Part shown: piece after piece, positions 40,159-52,949 of the stretch
How positions within the stretch are numbered: position 1 is the stretch's first letter
How the letters are laid out: each line of letters begins with the position of its first letter
Assembly (NCBI RefSeq): GCF_006345805.1
Contig: NC_043007.1
Location: forward strand, 51,088,001-51,152,000
Source: Octopus sinensis
Lineage: Eukaryota
Direction: 5' to 3'
DNA: 64,000 nucleotides
The notes under the pieces: model-generated
What the model saw: the letters and a program-made list of their open reading frames with translations, nothing else
What the model was told of the DNA's origin: nothing
Databases searched by the model: none
Program-made: the position numbers and the translations under genes

Positions 40159-40930
40159 GTAGGTAGATAGATAATCTGGGATGGCTGGTACACCACCATG
40201 TTCTCTCTTGCATTTCTGTTCAGAGAATCTCTACATTCAAGTGTTTTTTTGAGAGGCTACGACATCGTAGAAATGTAGCTCCAGCAACACCATACCTGAG
40301 TGGACATTATAATGTACTACTAACTACATAATTAACATGTGCTGCGTAACTTAATCATGTGGTGACGTTCACGTTGTCACGTGGTGACGTAATTTCGGTG
40401 TCGCCAAGGAGAGTTTACGTAATTACCAAGTGGCAATGTGATCGTATGTCAGTAATGAAATAAAAGAGAGCTGTTGTTGTTCAGGTCAGGCATAATTTAG
40501 TAGTCTTTTTGCTAAAAGTGTTCCAGACATGACTATGCTGCCCTTTTGTATGTTAGGAAGTTTATAATTTAATGCGTCTTAACTTTGTCGAGGATGCAAG
40601 ATGTGATTTAGCTTCTGTTTATAGCAGGTCTAGCGACAAGATAAAGGTTCATTCCTCAGTTGATGTGGTAACACTGTAGATGTCAGTGTAAAACTTTAGT
40701 GGGTAAAGCATGTAGAAAGTACTATAATTAGGTGAAGGGGTTGTATTTATGTGGAGTTAAAAGACAGGTGGGGAAGAGAGAAGGTGATGGGGGAAAATGG
40801 TAATGGTTTAATTTATACATCAAAATCTTTCTCTACAAAAATAGCTTTATAGACAGAAACAAGTGTTTGTACGATACGATGGGCTTATTTTACTAAGGTG
40901 GTGGTGGTGGTTGTGGTGGTGGTAGTAGTT

Positions 40931-40962
<32 letters not shown>

Positions 40963-41392
40963 TAGTAGTAGTAGTAGTAGTAGTCATTGCTATTGTTTTT
41001 GTTTTTGCAATTCTTTCTAGATCTAACACAATTCTAGTATATTTTGAAGGGATGAAGAAATCAATTACATCGGCCCCATTACTCAACTGGTACTTATTTC
41101 TACGACCACTGAAAGGATGAAAGGCAAAGTCGACCTCAGAGGAATTTAAACCCAAAGCATAAAGACGGACAAATTCTGCTATGCATTTTGTCCGGCATGC
41201 AAATGATTCTGTCACTTCAATACGAATAAATACGAATAAAAATAAAAATAACTCTTTCCATTTGGGGCGCATCGTAAAAGCAAGAAATGTTTGGCAGAAT
41301 TCACCTGTTGTTATCTGTTTTCAGTTTTCGGACTTAGGCTGCATTTGTAAGTGTCATAATCACAATTTATATCTAAGCTATCATATCATGCG

Positions 41393-41423
<31 letters not shown>

Positions 41424-41459
41424 CTTCAATTTATGTGTGTAGGCGTGTGGATGCGAAGA

Positions 41460-42013
<554 letters not shown>

Positions 42014-42130
42014 TGATTCCTACATACATACGTGCATGCATACATACATGCGTACGTACATATGCATACAGACAGGCAAAGAGAAAGAGAAAGAAACATA
42101 GGCAGACAGACAGACAGATAGACAAACATG

Positions 42131-42162
<32 letters not shown>

Positions 42163-42195
42163 GAAGCAGATAGACAGACATACAGACAGACAGAC

Positions 42196-42283
<88 letters not shown>

Positions 42284-42818
42284 TGATAGATAGATAAAGA
42301 TATGCGAATATATAAAAAACATCTTGAGAGAGAAGAGTGGGAGAGAGAAATAATGAATTATGAAAGGCAGAAACGCGATTAATTGTAGAGAGGATAAAGA
42401 AAGAAGTCGATAAAAAAAGAGATAAAGATAAAGAAATGGAAAGAGGGTTAAAGATATCACTAGAGAAATATGGGGAGAGGGAGAGGGGTGAGTTTAAATG
42501 GGTGAGAAAGAGAGAGTGAATTTGGGTGAAGGTGAGAGTATATAGTTAGTAACTAAATGAAAGCGAAGGTGAATGACTGAATGAGAGAGAAAGAGAGAAG
42601 GTGTGGTGGTCGTGAGATCGTGAATACCGGAGCTAGCGAGATGTCTTGAAGACATTTCTGTGTAGAAAGAAAACGGAGGTGCGTGGGTGGATGTTGCAAG
42701 TTCCCCTCACTCTGGGTGGTTCAGAGTAGGGATATCTTTTGACAATCTGTCTCCCCATTGGGTGGTCCACGGAATCAACTACTATCTAACTATTAGACAT
42801 TATCTGGAATGTCTTTAT

Positions 42819-42837
42819 TTGCCACCAGGTGGCATCA
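42819..42837 (+). promoter_or_regulatory. CTCF-like motif
   Basis: TTGCCACCAGGTGGCATCA matches the CCASYAGRKGGC core; it is also a TGCCACC-A-GGTGGCA inverted repeat; lies in non-repetitive-looking sequence. Confidence 0.35.
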
Positions 42838-43052
42838 GTGTAGCAAAACCTTCAGAAATATGTCTCCACTGTATCTATACGTGTTTTGTGAATGTATGTG
42901 TGTATCTTTTTGCTTGTATATATATGTGCATGTGTTTGTGTATGTGCATGTATTGGGTGTGTGATTATACGTGTACATCTACCAGCTTGTATCTCTGTTT
43001 ATGAATCTATCGGCCTGTTTCTTCCTCCAACTCACACTTATACACACACTAT

Positions 43053-43091
<39 letters not shown>

Positions 43092-43135
43092 CAAATACAT
43101 GTGTGTGTGTGTATACTCACATACATACATATATC

Positions 43136-43248
<113 letters not shown>

Positions 43249-43955
43249 AGATATACACACATACACACAAATAGATACGTTCACACGTAAATGTATACAT
43301 ATATGCGCACGTGCATCAACACACACCTATATATATGTGTGTTATATCTTTTATTTTTTACTTGTTCATTCATTAGAAGGCGGCCATTCTGGGGCACCGC
43401 CTTGAAGGGTTTTAGACAAATAACTTGACTCCAGTACTTGACTTTTTAAAACCTGGTACTTTTTCTATCGATCTCTTTTTGCCGTATCACTTAACTAGGG
43501 AAAGGCATAAGTGGTAAAAAGCTTGCATCCCAAACACATGGTTCCAGGTTCAGTTCCACTGCGTTGCATCTTCTTCTATAGGCTCGGGCCGAACAAAGCC
43601 TTTTGAGTGGATTTGGTAAACGGAAACTGAAAGAATCCCGTCGAATATGTGTGTGTCTGTATTTGTGTGTGTCTGTTTGTATCCCACCATCGCTTGATAT
43701 CCGATATTGATATGTTTACGTCACACAAGGATAGATCGATACACTAAGTACTAGGCTTAAAAGATAGATCGATACTCTAAGTACTAGGCTTAAAAAGAAT
43801 GTGTCTTGGGGTCGATTTCTTCGACTAAGGGCGGTGTTCCCGCATGGCCGCACTCAAATGACTGAAACGAATAAAAGAATAAAAAATAAAAGGATAAGTA
43901 TATATGTATATGTGTGTGTGTGTATAAATAATATATATACACATAAATATATATA

Positions 43956-44015
<60 letters not shown>

Positions 44016-44060
44016 AGAATTTATATATATGTATGGATGTATGTATATGTATATAAAGGT

Positions 44061-44420
44061 GGAGGCCCAACTGGTAAGGGCAGTGGTCTCGCGGTCGTAG
44101 GATCGCAGTTTCGATTCTCAGACAAGATCTTATGAGTGTTTATTGAGCGAAAATACCTCAAGTTCCACGAGGGGCTGTGTAGCGAACCCTCTGTACTCTT
44201 TCACCACAACTTTCTCTCACTCTTTATTCATCTTTCTGTTGTACGTTTATTTCAAAGGGCCAGCCTTGTCACGAACTCTGTCACGCCGAATCTCCCGAGA
44301 ACTACATTAAGAGTGCACGTGTCTGTGGAGTACTCAGCCACTTGCACGTTAATTTCACAAGAAGGCTGTTCCGTTGATCGGATCAACTGGATCTCACGTC
44401 GTCGTAACCGTCGGAGTGTC
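44061..44420 (+). mobile_element. tRNA-derived SINE (head type 2 + body T1)
   Basis: Collinear with 2167-2550. Confidence 0.85.
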
Positions 44421-44456
44421 AGCTTTTTTAGTCTCTCTGTTTATTTTCTCGTGTTC

Positions 44457-44490
44457 TTTCTACTGAAGAGCGTAGGTTCGAAAAGTAAAA
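44457..44490 (+). ncRNA. Degenerate minimal hammerhead-like motif H9
   Basis: UUU-CUACUGA-A-GAGC-guag-GUUC-GAAA-A-GUA-AAA: same layout as H6/H7 but with three core substitutions. Confidence 0.3.
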
Positions 44491-44606
44491 AAACTTTCTC
44501 ACCTTCCCGAGCGTTAAACTAATACACCTGTTTGTTTATACACCTGTCTTCGTCTTTTCTTTATTTGTAAATTCCAACTATGTATCTATGTATGTATGTA
44601 TGTATG

Positions 44607-44637
<31 letters not shown>

Positions 44638-44668
44638 GTATGTATGTATGTATGTATGTATGTATGTG

Positions 44669-44727
<59 letters not shown>

Positions 44728-44952
44728 CTAATGTTTAATTCAGCATCATTTTTCCTCCATTTTTTATATTTGTGTATGGTATATTTATACCTATGACGAA
44801 ATTATAAATATATATATATATAACGAAATTATATATATATGTATATATATAGTTAATCCAAACATGAAAACACAAAGAGGAAACACAACAACGCTAGGAC
44901 GTGGAACAAGTATAGTATTATTGGACGCTCAGGAAAGAAGGACAGAAGGAGG

Positions 44953-44987
44953 GTTTAACGTTTCGAGCTGAGCTCTTCGTCAGAAAC
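44953..44987 (-). ncRNA. Minimal type I hammerhead variant H6 (extra A after core)
   Basis: GUUU-CUGACGA-A-GAGC-uca-GCUC-GAAAC-GUU-AAAC; loopless palindromic stem III AACGUU; 4-bp stem I. Confidence 0.7.
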
Positions 44988-45053
44988 ATAGGAAAAGGAA
45001 AGATCCAAAGAAGGGTAGACGGAGGGAAAAAATCATATTTATATATATGTGTT

Positions 45054-45131
<78 letters not shown>

Positions 45132-45157
45132 TATGTATGTATGTATGTATATATATA

Positions 45158-45220
<63 letters not shown>

Positions 45221-46467
45221 CATATATATATATAACATTTATATATATATATATATATAACAATATAAAGAAAATATAAATATATATAATATATATGCAT
45301 ACATACTTACATATATGTACATATATATGTATATACAGAAGCATGTATCGGCACTGGACCCCACAGAACTTAAACATGAAATACGAAAAAATGGAATACG
45401 AACTTGTTTGCGAACAACGAAAGAAACAAATGGAAAACAAGACATAAAAAATGACCCTTCATCAGTTGTCGGCTGTTTTTCTACTTTGTATTTCGAGCAA
45501 TTCGTGACAAGATACGTTTTCGGAGGGTCAAATTTGGTAACAAAAACAGGACGGGGAAAATAAACAGGAAAGGCTACTAAGCCTGAACGAGTTAAGCTGC
45601 TGAATGCGGAGGAACAAGCTATGGCAGGAGATAGTCAATAATGCATCTTATCTCTGCGGCTGATCAGAAAGAAAGAAATTTAAGTTAGGAAAAGAAAGAT
45701 GGCGGATTATCACGTGCTAGCAACGAGAGAGTAAAGGCGAAAGAATGTGGAAGAGAGAGGGACAGAGAACAACGAAGTGGAGAAGAATAGTATTAGATAA
45801 AGAAAGAGAAACAGAGAGAGAGATAGGATAAGTGTCGCATCGATATATATATATATAAATATATGTCTATGTCTATGTATGTATAGCGAACGTAATAATA
45901 CGACGCTAATGTATAGCTTCACCGCGTATGTACTAGCAAAAATGCGTGAGTGCAACAAACTTGAAAAAAATTGTCTTACCTCCAGGGAGAACATCTGAAA
46001 GATGAAATACCTAGAAAAGGATAATGTGGGACCGGCGTCGGTTTCAGATTTTTCAAGATAAAGATAAGGATTTTTCTTTATCTAATTCTATTCTTCTTCC
46101 CTTCGTTGTTCTCTGTCCCTCTCTCTTCCACATTCTTTCGCCTTTGCTCTCTCGTTGCTAGCACGTGATAATCGGCCATCTTTCTTTTCCTAACTTAAAT
46201 TTCTTTCTTTCTTTCTGATCAGCCGCAGGGATAAGATGCATTATTGACTATCTCCTGCCATAGCTTGTTCCTCCGCGTTTCGGCGTTTCAGTCGAGTGTA
46301 TTGGCATTAATGTGGTAACATCTGAAATGTTGTCGTGGTATATGTTTCGCTGATGAAGATAGTATTCTCATCTATATATATATATATTTTGACTATTTAT
46401 TAAAATTTTATGTATTGATTAAGTCTTTCCTTGTTTGTTTTGCAAAATAGTGGTTTTGTCTCTAATA

Positions 46468-46536
<69 letters not shown>

Positions 46537-46638
46537 TAATATATATAATATATATATATATATTATGTATGACCGCGTGTGTACCGTAGGCAATTTTTTT
46601 CCTCCGTCTTCCCTTCCTTGGATCTTTCCTTTTCCTAT

Positions 46639-46673
46639 GTTTCTGACGAAGAGCTCCCCTCGAAACGTTAAAC
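46639..46673 (+). ncRNA. Minimal type I hammerhead variant H7
   Basis: GUUU-CUGACGA-A-GAG-cuccc-CUC-GAAAC-GUU-AAAC; inverted sister copy of H6. Confidence 0.65.
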
Positions 46674-46780
46674 CCTCCTTCTTTCCTGACGTTAAACTCT
46701 CCTTCTTTCCACGTCCTAGCGTTGTTGTGTTTTCTCTTTGTGTTTTTATGTTTGGATTAACTAACTATATAAATATGCAT

Positions 46781-46863
<83 letters not shown>

Positions 46864-46948
46864 ATATATATATATGAATATATATGTATATATAATATAT
46901 ATAAATATACACACACACACACGCACGCACACACACACACACACACAT

Positions 46949-46987
<39 letters not shown>

Positions 46988-47329
46988 CGCATATATGCAT
47001 ATATGTACCACCAGAATCATCTTTCTACTAAATCTATTCACAAGGTTTTAGAAGACCCCGCACTATAGCAAAAGGCACTTTCTAAAGGTGCAACGCAGTG
47101 GGGTTGAACCCGGAACCATATAATTAGGAAGCAAGCTTGGCTTCTTATTACAGTCACGCCGGTATAAATGTATGTATTATGCATATATTATGTATGTACA
47201 CATGTATGCATGTATGTGCACACACACACACACACACACACACGGTAATAATTTTTAAAACTGTATGTTTACTATTGAATTCCAGTAATATATGCATAAC
47301 GATATATTGTTACCGGCCGGAGTTAGCTG

Positions 47330-48510
47330 CAGCAACCTACATTTATGTGCCCCAACGACTTTCTTCCTCCATAACCTCCAGAAAAATGACATGTTTTAAT
47401 GAAATTTTCTATAAAATACGCCTCAGATGGTGTAGATTCACATTATGCCAGAATTTGTTATGAAATAAATTTTTCGTAAAAAGACGTGATGTGTCAGTAT
47501 GTGCGTGTGCTATACTGCTAATTTTTATTTTCATATTAAATTCCGATGTAATCTTGATGTACACACTCTGAAAGTTATGTGTAGAAATTGTCCTTTAAAA
47601 AACCCTATTTTTCAGAAAGTTATGAGGAACCAAAGCTGACTCGTGTGAATTTTCTGAAACTCATCACCAAAATCTCCCGAAAATATTTTTTTCGGAACAA
47701 ATTCAGATATAATTGGAATCCATAACATCTGAAGCAAATTTGTAGAACATTTCATTAAAACTATACATTTTTCTGGAAGTTATGAGGAAACAAAGTCGAT
47801 GGGGTACTTTTGTGCATGATACACACTGTTTTAACATAGGAAGTTTTGATTATAATGTTTAAAAAGTACATGTTTATTATGTGTTCATAAACGGACTACA
47901 GTTTTGTGCATTGTGTAGATTCCGATGATTTAAGAATTTTTGAAAATATTTTTGCAATAGTAATGAGCTGAGTTTCAGAAAATTCACACGCGTCGGCTTT
48001 GTTACTTCATAACTTTCAGTAATATGGATATTTTTCATGAAATTTTCAACAAATATCTTTCAGAGTATGTAGATTACACTTATATCAGAATTTAATATGA
48101 AAAAAAGAAGGTGAGATAGTACACTTACATACTGTTGCCATCACATACATCTACTAAATGAAACTTGAAAATTCGAAAATAGTGATGTCCATCAGTATGT
48201 ATGTGTGTGTGCTCACCATTTTACTTTTCACACCAAATACCTATATAATCCTAATTTACACACTCTGAAATTTATTTGTGGAAATTTTTACTTCAAAATA
48301 CCCATCTTTTTAGTAAATTATGAGGAAACAAAGCTGAATCATGTGAATTTTCTGAAAATCCTCGGCCCACAAACCTCAAAAAATTTTTGCGCCATAAATT
48401 CCGATAGGATTGGAATCTAGCCCACTTGAAGCGTATTTGTAGAAATTTTTTTGAAGTTGTGAGGAAACAAAATCGGTGTGGCATACTTGTGCAAATACAC
48501 CCATTGCTTT
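47330..48510. repeat. Cluster of about 130-170-bp diverged monomers in both orientations (MITE- or foldback-like)
   Basis: AAGTTATGAGGAA(A/C)CAAAG(C/T) and GTGAATTTTCTGAAA recur at about 47617, 47777, 48315, 48455 (+) and 47965-48015, 47360 (-); inverted arms about 47530-47700 / 47940-48105. Confidence 0.7.
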
Positions 48511-48745
48511 AACATATATATTAAGATTACATTGCTTGTTTCACTTCACTTTCATTTTGTATGTAGCAATATTTGTTTATATAACTGTATGCTATATATA
48601 TAAAGTTTTGTATGTAGAGGGTGGCGATAATGTGAATGAGGCGGGCTACAATCATAAATAGGATAAGGGCATCTTCGATGATGATATTGTGTTTAGTAAC
48701 GAATACTAACTGTATTAAGACTGCATTATAGTGTGTGAGTGTGTG

Positions 48746-48833
<88 letters not shown>

Positions 48834-48922
48834 AATATATCTATCTATCTATCGATCTATATATATATACACACACACATCCATACATATGTATATATTT
48901 ATTTGCAGTATTTACGTAACAA

Positions 48923-48969
<47 letters not shown>

Positions 48970-49173
48970 GCGCGTGCGTGTGTGTAGCAGCAATTTTGTG
49001 TTGTCGCTGTTTAATCATAGATCAGCCCTGATCGAACAAACCTCATCGAACAAACCTGATTACAATATTTGTGAGATCGATCCTTAACCTTTTGCCATCT
49101 TTAACTATAGGACAAATCCCTTGAGCATCTTTTGTAAAATCCAGCCCTCTACTAGTATTAGTACCATGTTGTA

Positions 49174-51879
49174 GGGGAGGCCGGGGTTAGTTGACTACAT
49201 TTTTTACATATTCACTGACAGAGCAATACTGTTTAATGTATCTTGTATTACACGCATAAATCAACCAAAGCAGAAGACTTACAAAGCTAGAGATTCATCT
49301 GCTTATTGTCTGGATTTACATTTTGTGCATTTTCTAAGACCACTTAAATGTGTCAACTTGCCCCGATACCAGGGCCAGTTCACACATATAATGGGGTATG
49401 TTGACACATGAATGCATTTTCTTGGAACATACATGTTAGTGGACAGAAACGCATGATATAAGCATGCTGGTTTGATCAAGGGCCTTTATTACGGTTTCAT
49501 TACATATCATCATCAGAGTCACAATTTGGGCGTGTGAATATTGTCAGACCTGGTGTACATGCCTCGAGAGCATTGAAGCCACACTTCCCCTCCTTTGCTG
49601 TTGGAAAAAGGCTCGCAGCATACTAAGCAATAGCACTCTACCTCATCAGAGGAATTACTTTCTTGAATTTGAACCTTTTTCTTAACAGTTGGACCTTTTC
49701 CCTTCGTTGATCTGCTCTTACTGAGTCCCTTTCCTATCGTTCCTTTATCAATGTTTGTCTTCTTTTTACTTTTACTTTTTGTCTTTTCTTCGATGATTGC
49801 TCTTTTAACCGGCGAGTCAGTGAGTATTTCAGAACAACGTTTCTTTCTTCCTCTGGTTAATTCTTTCCTAGGGTCTGCTTTGGGTAGTGAACGGATTTGA
49901 AATGGTGAAAGAAAAGATCTGGCGGCTGTGTTGCTTGAAGGCCCAGGTGTTGCAGGTGCTGAAGGCCCAGGTGCTGAAAGTGCAGGATCCGGTCGGTCAG
50001 TGACATAGCTTGGTGCAAAGTCGCTGTCTGTGAAAAGTTTTGCGATTAAAAGGGCATATTCCTGTAGAAGAAAAGCCACTAAGAATGTTCGTCGGAGTTG
50101 CAGTCAATGACCATGCAGTTTTGACAATACACGGAATGTCATAAATAGTCATGGTCTGGCCAGGAAGGTTGATATGCCAGTCATCAATGGCAGTGTTTGT
50201 GTACTTCTTCAGTGGTCCATAGACCGCTTTGTCCAACGGCTGTAACCTGTCTGTGCAGTGAGGTGGGAAAGAAAGCATGGTGATGCCATTGTCTTATGCA
50301 TAAGTCAGCCCCTCGATACTAAGGTGGGAATCGTGATTGTCCAGCAAGAGAAGGCACGGTGGTATGCTGTTTCCAGCGGCATTTACACAGCATGCCAATG
50401 TGACCAGATTTCCCCTCTCCGCACTTGTCATTTTTCCCACTTGCTTTGTTCCTTTTCTGGCAATAATTCTATTGGGGCGCTGCACAGTTGTTATGCCAGT
50501 TTCATCCATGTTGTAGATATTGAATGGATCAAATTTATACCGAAGCATCACCTCAGCAAGTTGGTTGAAAAACATAGCAACATTTGTCTTGTTGAAACTT
50601 GTTGGTCGTGCCAAGCTTGTTGCCTGTGGACTTCTTATGGATAAATTCTTCTGTCGTTGAAGATATCTAGAGAACCAGTCTTCACCTGCCATTTCTGTCT
50701 CATGCCAGGCTGGAGGGATATTACATCCATGTGCCTTTGCCATCTGAAAAGCCAATATCTGCACATCCTTTGGAGCAAGACCATAGTAAATTTCTGCGGC
50801 AGCTAAAACATAAGCTTCTAACAGATTCTCGAACTCGTCGGTGAGAACTTGCCGTGGCTTTTTGTATCCACTAAGACTTTGATCGTTGTTGTTTTCTTCA
50901 GCGGCCTTGGTGCAGTAGCGAGATAGAGATTTTAAAGGGATGCCAAATGTCCTCGAAGCTTCCTGCAAGGAGATGACACGAGTTCGGACCTGTTGAATAG
51001 CCTGTTGGATTACATCCCGTGGAAGGGTTGCCTTCTCGCTTTTGCGTTTGTTGTGTCGCACCATGACAATTGTAGATCTAGGTCTGTAAAGAGAGAGAGG
51101 GAGAGGAAAAAAAGCAATTTAGCTTATTGCATAATCCAACAGTGAAAGCAAAACGAAGCTCTGAGTGTTTACCTACCTTTTAGTTTCAAGCATGCCTGGT
51201 CACGGCATAACTTCATGCTTATATATCAGTGGTACAGGTTACAAAGCTGAGGCAGTATACAAGCTGTTGACTAAGTAGGTAGCGGTATGAAGATAGAATA
51301 GATTGGTATAGATAAAGATAGCTGATCTAAAACTATAGCAAGCAATTCATAAATTACTCAATGAATTGATCCATTGTACCCGATATGAATCAAATAGCAA
51401 ACACTTTTAGTTAAAATGGGATAGGCACAGTCTGTGAATCAATGTAAGCAACCTACAACAACTTTATCACAGGCCGGGGCAAGTTGACAAACTGTGTCAA
51501 CGTGCCCCTGTTTACATGTGTCAACTTGCCCCGACCTCATTTCCCTCGTAAATGTAAACACTGAGAGAAAACCACTAGGGTTTCGCAAGAATCCATTTGT
51601 ATAGGGTCGTGAGAGATATCTTACTAACTCCTTAAGGTTTAATACACATAATGCAGTCTTGAACAATATCCAAAATAACTAATTATCAAAAATGTCGAAA
51701 ATAACTTACCAAGTGGAAAATTCCAATGTTGTCTGCGTGTAGCAGACGAAATCAAATGAGGAGAAGCTTATGCTAACAGCATTACTATGATATCATTAAA
51801 TCGACCGAAAGTAGCTTCGCATTTTCTCTAGAGAAAATGTATCAACTTGCCCCTGGAGTCAACTTGCCTCGGTCTCCCT
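49174..51879 (-). mobile_element. pogo-superfamily (Fot-like/Tigger-type) DD35D DNA transposon, both ends present, non-functional
   Basis: TA on both sides (49172-73, 51880-81); imperfect 22-bp TIRs GGGGAGGCCGGGGTTAGTTGAC / AGGGAGACCGAGGCAAGTTGAC (17/22); subterminal GTCAACTTGCCCC repeats; transposase ORFs inside. Confidence 0.9.
49490..51064 (-). pseudogene. pogo-type transposase pseudogene (HTH-psq, CENP-B-like HTH, DDE_1, C-terminal PHD finger)
   Basis: NMDETG, LDNH and QPLD with 35 residues between the 2nd and 3rd Asp; nonsense codon at 50294-96; in-frame deletion between AAGNSIP and PCLLLLDNH; frameshifts near 50040 and within the PHD (CYCLVCC...WLQC / ACTPGLTIFTRPNCDSDD). Confidence 0.9.
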
Positions 51880-52500
51880 TATGTTTTATATTTTTCTCCA
51901 CATCAGTTATAAAACCCCACAGCAAGACCATAGATACCATAGTGTCTTTCTTTTAACATACTTCAGTAAGGTTCAATGAAAAGTTGGTTACTATTTTTTA
52001 CAAGTCTTTTAAATCTCATGATGGGTACATCATCAGTTTGTCTGAGAATTTAGATGAATGGCTTGACACCGACTGATAATTAATATATCTTGTTTTTGTT
52101 AATGCTAGCTTCCAGAGATAAACTAAAAAATATAGATATCGTTACAAGTAACAGTGATTCATACGACTGGTGTTCACATAACTATCTTATGATGTGTTCA
52201 GATTTAAATCTATATTGTTGGGGAATGAATCAGTTTAAGTCAGCCATTTCTTGTAGAATAAACAGAACCTTGTGTCTGACATTTTTTGTAGGGACAAAGA
52301 GAATGAAATGTACCATCCGAATATTCACTGAGATAACTCTGTACGGATTTAAGAATTCATATTGTCCTTTTTATTGAACGAGAATTCGTTGTACATCGAG
52401 TGTGAAATCATCATCCCACTCTAATGAATGGAGACTGATGGTTCGTAAGATTTCGGCACGTCTAAGTGTGAAATGAAATGTAGAAGGATTATGTTTTTAC

Positions 52501-52658
52501 TGTTTAGACTGGAGAAAAAGGTCTGAATCCATCTCCTTGGTGGACCATGCGAGGCCCTCCGAGCCAACGTTGATCAATGGGACTGATGTCCAGTTTGAAC
52601 AACAGCAAACCCGAGGACTTATGGAAAAAGATACGCATGTGCATACACAGCTGATAAT
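52501..52658. other. Candidate host exon (strand unresolved)
   Basis: Plus strand: acceptor TTTTTACTGTTTAG|52508 to donor 52658|GTACGT, open frame WRKRSESISLVDHARPSEPTLINGTDVQFEQQQTRGL. Minus strand: 117-bp AG/GT-bounded segment 52617-52501 with one open phase. Neither peptide recognised. Confidence 0.2.
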
Positions 52659-52949
52659 GTACGTGAATGTGTGTGTGAATGTGTGTGTGAATGTGTATGT
52701 ATATACAAACTGTCGGTGCGCGCAAACGTGTCTGTATGTGTGTAGTGAACAATTAAACTTATCTAGAGATGTTTTTAGGCAAAGCTGTGTTACGATGATT
52801 GAAAACAATACGCCAACATACGTATCAGCGAGAAAAAAAGGGGAGAGTGCAATACCCTTAAAATGTTAGATTGGTATAATGCCCACTTTGGTATACAGTA
52901 TACTTTGGAAAATCAGTAAAGATCCGACTATCTCTGGCCGCCTACTACG

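Larger units (their letters stand above)
44855..46770. repeat. Nested inverted repeats: outer arms 44855-45035 / 46590-46770, inner arms 45605-45815 / 46072-46280
   Basis: Both pairs are reverse complements by eye; (TA)n arrays lie between the modules; the outer arms carry H6 and H7. Confidence 0.85.
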
